From the NCBI GenBank assembly GCA_903813345.2, contig CAIIXF020000001.1, positions 2,976,001 through 3,040,000 on the forward strand: a stretch of DNA of 64,000 nt, given 5' to 3'. How positions within the stretch are numbered: position 1 is the stretch's first letter; each line of letters starts with the position of its first letter. Under the pieces are notes generated by a model. That model did no database searches. It worked only from the letters and a program-made list of their open reading frames with translations, and had not been told where the DNA came from. The DNA is from Owenia fusiformis (Eukaryota). Of the stretch, positions 1-11,778 are shown piece by piece. The position numbers were made by a program, and so were the translations under genes.

Positions 1-222
1 CCTTGATAAGAGCCCAAGGTGTCTATAGGCAATATGTTTCGGAAGGAATGGGTCATTTAGCTTGAAAACCGAGGGCTTGTTCATTACGGGTTCACAATGT
101 AATGATGTTTTCCTGAAAGCAAGGAATGCCTTCATACTTTATTTTATACCAGAAAAAAAAGTTTTTCTTCCACCATAACGTTAAGGGCATCGAGCTAAAT
201 ATTGCTATATCCAATAAAATAC

Positions 223-619
223 CTGTAGGGGTACAATCAACACCAGCGTCTTCGTTGTGGCCGCATCCAGCTGACGATCCCCATGTGTAATGCGGGCACA
301 TATCAAGTGCATCCTCTGACCCTGTACACAACAATCGACTCAATTGGATGACTCCAGATGCGCTGCCGTATTTGGAACATGGATGCGCGACGGGATTGAT
401 TGGTGGTATGTTTAATGAATTACATACAACAAGTGCGTCTCGAACGTCCCATTTATCATCACAAACAGTACCCCATGTTCCGGAATAGAATACCTCTACA
501 CGGCCTGAAGTCCCATCCGCGCGTCCGTCTACTAAACGATAACTTTGACTCTCTACGCCCACAATAAAGCAAACGAAAATGTGTATATATAAGTGATTGT
601 GAACATGGTAAATCATCAT
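223..619 (-). CDS. SRCR (scavenger receptor cysteine-rich) domain exon; gene continues left of the window
   Basis: Translation RLVDG..SGRVEVFYSGTWGTVCDDKWD..DALVVC..L...C.GSE..L..C....G...CGHNEDAGVDC is the SRCR consensus. Phase-1 donor (ACAG|GTATTT) after 223. The hydrophobic N-terminus may be a signal peptide; the exact 5' boundary is uncertain. Confidence 0.9.
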
Positions 620-1461
620 TCCATAGGATAACTTCTATGTAGCGAATTGACTACTGATGAAACCGCATCTCTTGTCATCTGTTGATGATCTAAATGGTTT
701 TTGAAGTGCTAATATGACGTCAATGATTAGCTCTATTTGCTTATTGATGCAGGGTGTGTCATGACCATATTTGGAATCAGATAGTATCAGGTTATATAAA
801 ATTGTTCAATATACCAATATCACTTCATTACCCTACCTATTTAATTGTTTGTTTCCGAGAAAGGTTAGAATATAGGAACCGAAGTTATTGATGATCGTAT
901 TGTTGCAAACGTACTTTATCCGTTGAATATGGGCGCATGCGCAACATTTTATCACCTACCAAGAATAGAAAACACATTCATACCCATCATTCAGATAAGG
1001 AAATGAGACAAATAATCAATATAAAATACTGGAAATTACGTTTCTTACTATACCTTGTTCTCTAATTAAATTACGATTCATACAATGTACTCAGAGGAAC
1101 ATATTACTCAATTTTAAACATAGCCCTTAATTTTACACGTCATTAAAACGTTTGAAACTAAAATAGTACGGTATGTACAGTAGTATAACACAATTGTTTG
1201 CATTTAAGCAATACTCATCTACAAAATTATAAAGTGAATGACATAAAGGGAAATTGATACATGTATTTGATAACAAATAAAATATACCAGAGCAATGCAA
1301 GAGGATTATATTTGTGCCGACACAACCCGTACAAGCTAAGGTCGGCTAGCAGGGAGTACTAGGGAGTACACAAGGTACTTTACAAATTACGCCATGACCT
1401 TACTGGTCCTCATTACTTCAGAGAATTAGAACCCTTAAGAAAATTCTTCTAGTTCATGTCA

Positions 1462-1722
1462 TGTGTGACCCTAAATAAGCCAATGAGCCTCCATAATACA
1501 TATGGGGTATATATCATGTGACCATAAATAAGCCAATGAGCGTCCATAATACATATGGGGTATATATCATGTGACCATAAATAAGCCAATGAGCGTCCAT
1601 AATACATATGGGGTATATATCATGTGACCATAAATAAGCCAATAAGCGTCCATAATACATATGGGGTATATATCATGTGACCAAAAATAAGCCAATAAGC
1701 ATTTGTAATACTATGGGTATAT
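1462..1722. repeat. Minisatellite, 53-bp unit, about 5 copies
   Basis: Unit catgtgaccataaataagccaatgagcgtccataatacatatggggtatatat starts at 1515, 1568, 1621 and 1674, with a degenerate first copy at about 1462. Confidence 0.95.
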
Positions 1723-2772
1723 TATATTTACATTATTATAATCATAATGACTGGTCGAAATATGGATTGCCAGTAAGTAAATTATTTACTGTAAATACAT
1801 ATGGGGTACCTCAAGATTCCATATAAAGTTTATTTTTTTTATAGATATTCTGCCATGGCAGCTATTTGTGCTTAGAATGGGACTTTACTCGTTATATCTT
1901 CAACGACCATAAGTCTTACTGATTTTGATAGCCATAAATTGAGGGGAGGACATTATTATGTAAGTTAGATTGTTTGGGTTGCGCGTGTTTTCATTATACT
2001 ATTTTCTTAAATGTTCCTTCTCAATGGGTTTTAGATTTAATATCTTTTGGTCTTCCGGCATTTGTGCTTTCCTGCATATATAGTAAGTCTACTTAAATTG
2101 ATTCCATGAATTTAACCAGATGTAGCATTTCTAAGTCATTCAGTACATACAATGAGTCAATGACCGAATAAACGGCAAGTGACGATAAACAGACATGACC
2201 TTAAATTGAGATGATTGTTTTTAAATCTTTAAAATTGAGCTCTTCTAAAAATTTACTAAGTCTCCGCATACATGTTGCGATGTACTTTTATATTTCAAAA
2301 CGTTTTAAAATTAAGTTATATTCTGTGGACTAAAGATATAGTATAGTTTTGTATTATACAACAATCAGATATTGATTCTGAACTAATATTCCAGTAAATA
2401 CCCTTTATGTACTACCTTTAAAGATCAATGCCATGGATATAGTAATCGAGTGCCAGGAACATTCCGAGAGGGCATTGGACATGGTGTATCGATAAGGCTA
2501 TACTTAAAGGTTATCTGTTTTATAAGAAGAACGTTTCGATGATTGATTCGATTGTACTGAAATCAGAATATCAATAGAAATAACATAAATGTACTCTCAA
2601 TAATTTGACTTTCTTGTAAATAAATGATGAAGGAATTGAAAACAGCTTTTAACTACTTAATTGATGCTCAATTCCTTTGTCATATATTTTGTAATCAAAC
2701 ATAATTTCTCCATCAGCGTAACTTTAAAGACAGATTACGCAGACATTTACTTGATTGTTCCCTTGATGTACT

Positions 2773-3921
2773 TTATATATCGTTAATGTCAAAGGTAAGG
2801 AGTGATTCATTGTCTTGAATGGTTTGCTCGACCTGTTTAAAGTTTGAGATCTTTGAGCCTAGTCCTCGGGGACTTTGTTTAACAAGTTTTGGTAGATAGT
2901 TTTTAATGGGCGTTGGTAGGCCAATAAATTCAATAGCCTGTCTGACAACATTGTTCATTCCTGATACACCATTATCAAAGTCTTCATATGTTAGTATTAT
3001 CTTGCGTGGGTAGTTTTGCAATTCTTTCATACTAGATCTGTACCCATCCAATAGCTTAGTTCTGTAATCAAGAAAATCCTCCCATCTCAGAGGTACCTTC
3101 GTTATCTCGTTGGGTTTAATGCGGCTGTTGTATTGTCCTCTGGCAATGGCAGTTTGAAGTGACATAAACTGTTGAAGTAATTCACGGCGGTACATTACGA
3201 TTATATTGGGATAGCCAAGGTGTTTCACTATATCCATTAATGTTATATTATTTGCGGCTAATTGCACATTGGTGATTTTAAAACCAGGAGTTACATTTGG
3301 ATCGTCTTCTATATCTTCTTCTAGCATGTCTTTTATATAGTTCAATAAAATATGTTTCTCCGGTGGGATTTGATTATTAGAAGAAAGTCTTAGCTCATAT
3401 GGCTTTTTATTCTCATGGAGGATAGCGTCATGGCATATGATATTTGGATGGTTATTCAGTAGCTCTTTAAAGACGGATGTCCCTGACCTCGGCATAGAGA
3501 GGATGAGGAAATAACGCCTGCGTTCTCCAGGGGTGTTTGTGACGTCAGGGGAACTGTATCCACCAGGCGGATTAGGATATGCTATATCATCATCGTTGTC
3601 ATTCTCACTCTCATCTTCGTCACTGTCATCTTCATCTTCGTACTCTACAGTACTTATAAACATTGGGGATGTTTCCTGTTTATTCGGATATTTCTCCTGA
3701 TCCTTGAATTTGCCGACATCAGGAAGGACGTCAGAAAGGACGTTATTTTCTTCCATAACACGATCTAGTCCTTCAAAACTTCGTACAGCATACTCTGAGG
3801 TATCTGAGATTGGTCGAGAAGGTTCCACTAATCTTGTGCTGATGTATGCCAAGATGCCAAATATAAAAATGATGACGAAACAATGGAGAGTCTTGAACCT
3901 TGGAATTCCTGTTCTGATCAT
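2773..3921 (-). CDS. Intronless type II membrane sulfotransferase, Stf0/NodH-like (382 aa)
   Basis: N-terminal TM anchor (CFVIIFIFGILAYI), acidic stem (EYEDEDDSDEDESENDNDDD), 5'-PSB motif FLILSMPRSGTSVFKELLNNHPNI, 3'-PB-like IIVMYRRELLQQFMSLQTA, and LTYEDF. Confidence 0.85.
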   Translation of the reverse strand: MIRTGIPRFKTLHCFVIIFIFGILAYISTRLVEPSRPISDTSEYAVRSFEGLDRVMEENNVLSDVLPDVGKFKDQEKYPNKQETSPMFISTVEYEDEDDSDEDESENDNDDDIAYPNPPGGYSSPDVTNTPGERRRYFLILSMPRSGTSVFKELLNNHPNIICHDAILHENKKPYELRLSSNNQIPPEKHILLNYIKDMLEEDIEDDPNVTPGFKITNVQLAANNITLMDIVKHLGYPNIIVMYRRELLQQFMSLQTAIARGQYNSRIKPNEITKVPLRWEDFLDYRTKLLDGYRSSMKELQNYPRKIILTYEDFDNGVSGMNNVVRQAIEFIGLPTPIKNYLPKLVKQSPRGLGSKISNFKQVEQTIQDNESLLTFDINDI

Positions 3922-4535
3922 TTTAACGCTTGTAATAGTTCCACCATGTGATTCGGAAATAGGTTAGATGTAATTGATATATTTGTATAGATAATACACG
4001 TTATTGTTGTTTTAATTACATGTCAACACCAATCTAGGCTTATTGTTTCAAAATTATTTGCGCATAAGTTCTGGCATGTTGTTTTTTAATGAAATATGGG
4101 ACTGAACATAAAACAAATGAATTGGTATGCAATTTGTATGGAGTTCATTTACTTTCATCAGTTTAACGATCAAGTCTTGCCAGGAAACTACCAAATTACC
4201 AATTCAGTGAAAAAATAATTTATTGTTATTATAAAAGTAATCTATCTTGCCCATTGAAAGGGTCTGTTTTTCTTAGGTAGTATAAACAGAAAATTTCCAA
4301 ACCAAATGCTTTCTCAATATAAAGTATATCTCCCTATTTCTAATTGCAATTTGAGGGAGCTGTTGACCATTTGTACTTTCACTTATGAAACTCGGACGAT
4401 CAACATGAGTAATGGATGGTTTATGACAGCATTGTATTAACCAGCATAGAACGTACATGCGTATGTCAAAACACTTGGGGTTATAAAACTACCTTCATTC
4501 ATACAGATTATCTCTCCTGAGTGCAAGCTACTGAA

Positions 4536-7500
4536 ATGAATGCTAAGTATTTTTTCATCTGTAGTTTCTTAGGAATTGTTCCAGTTTTTATTTTCGCACG
4601 AACTCTGTTGTATCGGAATTTTAAAGGGCCGTATGGATATACATTTAACATATTTGGAAATGTTTATAATATATTTGATGGTCACATACACAATGGTGGA
4701 TCAAGTTCTACGCTACCAGCAAGTTATCTTCATGCAAATATGAATAACACTGGAGTTATAGTGGCCAGGGCAGATATGACCCCAAATTCAACCGGATTGA
4801 AATATCATCGAACTGGATCTATCCATGGAAAGGATGCAATACAATTAGCAATTGATCGAGAAAAGATAATAGACTTATTTGGAATAAACGAATCGATGTA
4901 TAGGAATATCAGTAGCGTGATAACAGAACAAGAGATGTTTGATCGACAGATGAGAATCCCGACACCGATCCTAGATATAGTATGACGCAAACTTCACTGG
5001 GGGGTATCGTGATGCAACAACACCGTGTTGTTGCATCAAGATGGCCAGACTTCCGGTGATAGATTTTCGTACGATGTTTTGTTTTCCCAATTTACACCCA
5101 TTTCTAGGACGAGTTGCTCAATAATCATACACGTGCAGTTAGCGCATGATCTATATTTTAAAAAACTGTCATTTGTATACACGTAGCATCATCAAGAAGC
5201 GATAAATTCGTGGTTTTAATTCCTCACTATTGATGCAACAACACCACTCTGTTTTTTATCGATGATGCAACAACACCAATGTGCTGATGCAAAAACGCCA
5301 ATATAATGTATCATTGAACAACAAGAGAAACTGTTTTATGTTCTGTTAACTGGTGTAGGTCGGGACATGAATAAAACGCGTGGGTCAGTGGTCCATGAAC
5401 GAAACGTATTTTGTTTGGTTTCTTTGTCTATATCAAAGTTAAAAGGATATACAAGGCAAACTAAATAAAGTACAAAATCCCCGGGAGGCAATCTCATTGA
5501 TATTGTATCTGAAAAATAAAGATTATACATTTTCTAAATTAAATGCCCTTGATTTACCGTATGGAAATTGCTTACAAATAACTAATATAATTTTGGAAAG
5601 ACAACAGATATCAGTCATTTTGTGTTGTTAGTACCACAATTGAAATACTCAATTCTGATTGGTTGATGAGCGGGCAACAAAATGTATTGTTAGTACCTGA
5701 ACTGAAATACTCAATTCTGATTGGGTGAGCGGGGCGGTCAAAATTATGTACTGTTGCCCGCTACTAGGTACTGTTGACCGCTACTTCTGAAAAAAAAGTT
5801 TCATGACGTCACAAAAAAAACATGGAAGACGGTCATTTTGTAAACGTTGATGAAAATGACTTTACTAGGCGACAAGTATAGCAAAAATACAAATAGAAAC
5901 TTAAAATTAACATTAATTCACTAACGAGTACGCCGTGATGTGCCAAATACAGAGTTAAGCTACTTGCACTGTCTCCATATTTTTTTCTATGCTATTGCTA
6001 ACGTGGTTCGGAGAAAAGGTTGTGAAATGAAGCCATGCCGATTGATGATTTTCGTCTATATGTGTATTATTAGTTTACTCGGACTAACAAAACAATTGTA
6101 GACCTCTCCATTCGATCAACCGTCAAAATCATATACCTACCTATATAACTACTTTAGACCTCGACTTTCGGTCTCTGTCAACAGTAGTTTTTCGGTTTGC
6201 AGTCTCGGTATACAATATACAATTGTTGACCTCTCCAGAGGTCAACCGGCAAAATTGTATACCGAGACTGTAAACCGAGAAACTACTGTTGACAGAGACC
6301 GAAGGTCGAGGTCAACAGTAGTTTCAAGGTTTACAGTCGAGGTATATGATTTTGACGGTTGACCGAATGGAGAGGTCTACAATTGTTTTGTTAGTCAGAA
6401 GAAACTAATAATACACATATAGACGACAGTCATCAACCATGGCTTCACTTCACAATCTTTTCTTCGAACCAAGCCAGCAATAATTTTTTAAGAACATTTG
6501 AAGACAGTGGTAGCTAGATTCTCTGTTTTCGGCACATAACTGCGAACTCACTACGTTTGTATTTGTATTTTTGCTATACTCGTCGTCTAGCAAAGTCAAA
6601 ATATCACTTTCATCAACGTTTACAAAATGTCCGTCTACGCTTTTTTCTGGAAACATTGTGACGTCATATTCCCCATAATTCACAAGTGTAGTACAGTAAC
6701 ATACGCGGTCAATAATATGATATCCCATGATTCACAGGTGAGGTACAGGCAAAAATGTTGACCGCTAATTGACCTATCAGATGCGAGTATTTACACTGAG
6801 GTACTAACAATTTTGCCGGTTGACCTCTGGGGAGGTCAACAATTGTAAACTGTTGACCGCTACTAGGTACTGTTGACCCCTATTTTTGAAAAATTGTTTT
6901 TAATGTTGAAATTTTTTTAATTTTGAAAAATAAGTTGTGTAAAAAATTACAAGCATTTGACGGTTTGGGGATTTTTTGCTAAAATATGATACCTTTACTG
7001 TACTTATCAAATATGTTCACGTGATATTCGATTATATATTCGTCCAATTATTATATTATTTGGACTAACAGAACAATTGTTAACCTCTCTTTTCGGTCAA
7101 CTGGCAAAAGTGCCCTCGACCTCTGGTCTTGATCAACAGTACTTTCAAGGTTTACAGTATCGGTATACAATTTTGCCAGTTGACCTTAAGAGAGGTCTAC
7201 AATTGTATTATATCCTTCAAATTATTATATTCTTCGGACTAACAAACAATTGTTAACCTCTCTATTCGGTCAACTGGCCAAAGTGTATACCTCAACAGTA
7301 AACCCTGAGAGTACTGTTGACCTCGACCTCCGAACTTTCAAGGTTTACAGTATCGGTATACAATTTTGCCAGTTGACCTCAAGAGAGGTCTACAATTGTA
7401 TATTGTATATCCTTTGTTATCCCACCCAAAGTATGATGTCATATATCAAGTTGAAGAGTTGTATACGCTGCTCAGGAGTTTACGCTATCCAGGAGTTGTA

Positions 7501-10500
7501 CATCGTTCTCAAGAGTTGTATAGGATGAGTGTTGGTTTAATGATATTGCAGTTATACAATGCTATTATATAAAGGTTATTTACTGAGAGGGATTCAATAT
7601 TGGTTTTATTCCGAGAGACAATATGATATTTCCCGAGGGCCCGGGATATCTGGGATAACTGTACCCCTATAAATTTACCTTTTTAGGCCCTAAATCTTAT
7701 CACTTTTGTTTACCTTTTTACTCAGTCGGAGAGAAGGAATCCAAAGAGAGCAATAACGCTACAGGTAGTTTATCACTGTTCCACAGATGGATGATAGATA
7801 ATTTCCAATAGCTCATCATGTTTACCGAGAACGAAAGATGTTTGTCCACCATTTTGAATGATACTGACTGGAGTCAGGGTCATCAAGCCATGGAACACAG
7901 TGGTTTATGAAAATAGATTGGGTTACTAAAGTTTGCCATGTTAAAGGCGATTGAACTATGTTATAGAACAACGTCCAGTACATTATAATATTTAAAAGTA
8001 TAAATTTGTGAAAATACATATAAAGGATCTTCGCCCGCAGACGTGTATTTTGAATGCCTTGAGAAGAACGCAAATATGGGTAATGGGTAACGGTGTTGCA
8101 ATAGTAGCATTTAAAAATCTGTTCCTCTCGAGATTTATGGTCTTCTGAAATGATACTATTAATTGGTGTTGCTGCATCATTGCTCAAATCTAGAGGAGTG
8201 TTGTTGCATCTTCGGTCTGGTGTTGTTGCATCAATAGTGAGGAACTAAAACCGTGAACTAATTGCTTCTTGGTGATGGTACATGTATACTAATGACAGTT
8301 TCTTTAAATATAGATCGTGCGCTAACTGCACGTGTATTGTTATTGAGCAACTCGTCCTAGAAAGGGGTTTAATTGGGGAAACAAAATATCGTACGAAAAT
8401 CTATCACCGGAAGTCTGGCCATCTTGATGCAACAACACGGTGTTGTTGCATCACGATACTCCCCAGTGAACTTGTTTCACTAAATATTTTTATACGTTTT
8501 TTTGTTATCAATAGTGAGTTAAGCTTGCAGTATTTTTCATAACCTAAACACGAACGGAAAATATTTAAGCGATATTTGTATGGGCGAATGATCATACGTA
8601 TAGTTTGTCGTTTCGATTTTACATGCTAGCTAAACTCCCTATTGATGATAAATCTTGTACATATACTATATTATATCTACAGTATATCTATGTATACAAT
8701 TTCCTTACCTGAAGTGCTTTCTTTTCCTCTCCCAACCTTTGCAGAATCCCCCAAGTGAATTCCTGCAGGAGTCGAAGAATCCCTGCTGGATAGGGAATAT
8801 TTTCGAGAGCGATACAAACCCCTGCACTGAAGACAATGGTCTGTGTAAATTGTACAAAAAACTATTTAACCAAACAACTAACATACAAACAAATCGTCTA
8901 AAAACTCGCAGTCCATGGAAACTAAGATGTATACCATATTTTTACCTCATAGGCTTTCCAAAGTGTGGAACCACCGACCTTGCAGCTAGGATTTCACATC
9001 ATCCGCAAATATTAGGTAGATTCAAAGAATTCCATTTCTGGTCAAAACTAAGGAAGGATACGCAGGGAGGTTTGATTGACACCTTTAAACCGTATGTTGA
9101 TATGTTTGATATGATTGCCGAAAACATTCGGAACGACATCAAGCTTCGCAGTCATTCCGATGCCATCACAGGTGAGCACATTCTAAAATGCGATGAATAC
9201 ACAACAAAACCCGGGGTGTCTAATGACTGTTATGAATATATGTTTATTTGTGATTTTAATAAATAGCTAAACAAGTCATAGCTTTAATTTCATGTTTGTT
9301 ATTCTCTCCGCATTCCATCATTAATTTTATTTATTTGAAGGCGATAATTCCCCATCAACTGTCTTCTTCTACAATGGGGAATATGATGGAAATGGCCCCG
9401 TCATCATAAATGCCGATATCATGAAACACATAAGCCCATCAACGACGAAATATATTTGTATATTAAGAGACCCAGTAGAAAGGTAAGCGGTAATTAAAAA
9501 TGTTAATGTTAATCTTAAATAACATAGTAATTTTAGTACTAATCAAGAGTCTTAACTCAACTTAGTGTTGTATGTTTGTTTTAGATCTCTGTCCGAGTAC
9601 TACTACTGGCACAACGAAGAAGGTGCAATAAAGTCCAATATGAATCACAGTCAGTATTATCATGTGATGGTCCAAGATGGAATCAGGCGATTTGAGGAGT
9701 GTGCTTCAAATAATCCTCTCAGATATTGTGTTTATTTGCTTTCCAGAAAAGGATTTGGGCGTGGTGCCATGGTATATATTTTTTCAATTTTACAAACATT
9801 GTATCGTGTATTGGTTATTTTCATTACATCACCAATTGAATTTTCTTATCTACCTGAAAAATATAAAATGATTATACTCTCCTCGAAGATAATGAGACCT
9901 TGATGGTCTACTAAAACAGTACGATTCGAGTAACTTTCACAATTGGTCAAATGTTCCCATACTACATTGGGAACAAAGTAAGCTGTCATGTAAACATTCT
10001 ATTTCTAGTTTCGTGTTGCACTTGGAATTTATCACGTGTTTTTGGATGATTGGATCAAAGTGGTTGGAAAGGACGCCTTACTGGTTCTTAAGATGGAAGA
10101 CTTAAGGACGAACCTGACAGGAGTTATGACATCAGTATTTGACCACTTGGATGTCAAACCACGCTTAGGTAGGGAGAACATATACGACGATATTTTATCG
10201 AAAGCGTATGCATGTTTAGCTCATTTTTTGAGTGGTCGTAGCCCCACTCCATTACCCCAAGGACACCTATAGACGTCCTCGATTGCCCATTTAAGCAAAC
10301 GACTATCATCGATCAAAGTATTAAGCATGTTAAACCTTGAAAGAGAGATTTTTGGAAGACCATCCTGTTATATGTTATGTTGACTATACTGTTGAATTAT
10401 GTGGTTCAAGGAATGCTTGTTAACTCGTTATATTTTATCATTTCAGAAAACCTTGAAGAGGAATACACACGAAAAATATTAAGTAATGAAAAACAAAACG

Positions 10501-10622
10501 TACAAACTAATAGACAAGACATGCTCCAAGCAACACGAGTGTTACTACAGAAATTCTACAATGGACATAATAAAATATTAAGATATGTCTTGGATAACGA
10601 AAAATATAATTGGGGTTATTGA
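4536..10622 (+). CDS. CHST15: CHST15 (GalNAc4S-6ST)-like carbohydrate sulfotransferase, 6 coding exons
   Basis: Exons 4536-4979, 8745-9171, 9341-9482, 9585-9771, 10009-10168, 10447-10622 splice in frame with GT-AG. Motifs: N-terminal TM, FLQESKNPCW, LRCIPYFYLIGFPKCGTTDL, KEFHFW, ILRDPVERSLSEY, RVALGIYHVFLDDW, MLQATRVLLQKFYNGHN. The symbol denotes family resemblance, not proven orthology. Confidence 0.88.
4995..8468. mobile_element. Non-autonomous TIR DNA transposon with CAC termini and 5-bp TSD (Transib-like) in CHST15-like intron 1
   Basis: About 250-bp inverted arms (4995-5246 vs 8218-8468), termini CACTGGGG...CCCCAGTG, flanked by direct AACTT (4990-4994 and 8469-8473). No transposase ORF seen. 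Confidence 0.85.
5600..7405. mobile_element. Nested cluster of palindromic, putative Crypton-like non-autonomous elements
   Basis: Foldback centred at gttgacctctccagaggtcaac (6225-6246), with arms 6053-6215 / 6253-6426 and a further inverted match at about 5830-5895 / 6558-6635. Two more subterminal copies at 7040-7405. Short peptide DGHFVNVDESDILTLLDDEYSKNT. The family assignment is an inference. Confidence 0.55.
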
Positions 10623-11778
10623 TTCAGACATTGAAAGTTGTGATGTTTATCTATAAACTATATTACCATAACCTTTATTTGGTTGATCGAGATACTATTC
10701 ATCATTAATTTATATTACCATTTGATAGCAACTTGCATGTAATAAGTTTAAATGTGTTTGCTTCCTCATTCTTTTGAATTCCTTTTAGTATCAACGAACT
10801 CCTAATCGATGTCTTTTTATCATGCCACCATTGTGAAATATAGGAGTTCAGAGATTGGATCCATTGCTATAGTGATTTCTAGACATACAGTGGGCATAGG
10901 AGTTGAAGGGGATTTTTTTGATGTTGCGTAAAGAAACCTATCCAGTCCATGTTAAATATTCAAATCAAGGAGTATCCTATAATCAGAAATGTTGGATTTT
11001 TTAGAAATGCACATTACATGGCATGGAACGATAGAAGTAAAAATTAAGTAATATTTCGAAAGATTTTCGAAACTTATCCTCCATCAATCTTTTATGCCTT
11101 CATTTAACAATGAAAAAATTCAGAACCAACTGAGCCCTGGAACATTCATAAACTAGTTGTACTACTTTTATTTGGCAACTACCTCGATCTCCTGTCCCTC
11201 GGGTACCCTCCAATACACAGTCGTCGAAGAACGGCGAAAATCAATTGCATTGTTTACTTTATATAAATATGATGCAGGCAAACCTATAATGCTAATATAT
11301 GGCGACTGGCGATTTTTAGTAACTTAAAGTGAAAGCTGTAAATGTTTTTTTGGAATCACTAAAAACTTTACCGCTAGATATTTGGTAATAAGAAATGCAG
11401 ATTATAAAATACTTTTAATAGTATCTCTGGGTTGGTTCAATGTTCTCGGCTTACTAAAAATACATTATTCCCTGGTTCAAAACCGCTAGACGGACAATCC
11501 GTTACCCCAAAAGTGAAATAATTGCAATTGTGTTTCAAAGAAAACTTCATTGCGTGAACCCCAGCAAACTAATTACATTCAAAGTTCGATAAAACATGTT
11601 TTTAATTAATTTCATGGTTTGAATCACCACCGTTTGATTTGACTTTTATTTGAACACAAAACCTTTAATAGGCCGAATGTCAAACTGTCGCAGATAGTTA
11701 TCTCGTTCAAACAACACACATGGCTGCTTACAAGATGAATCCATATTGTTCCCCAATTTAATCCACAATGCTGTAATT

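Noticed and set aside
1462-1722. CRISPR-like array
   Set aside because: Head-to-tail 53-bp repeats without spacers.
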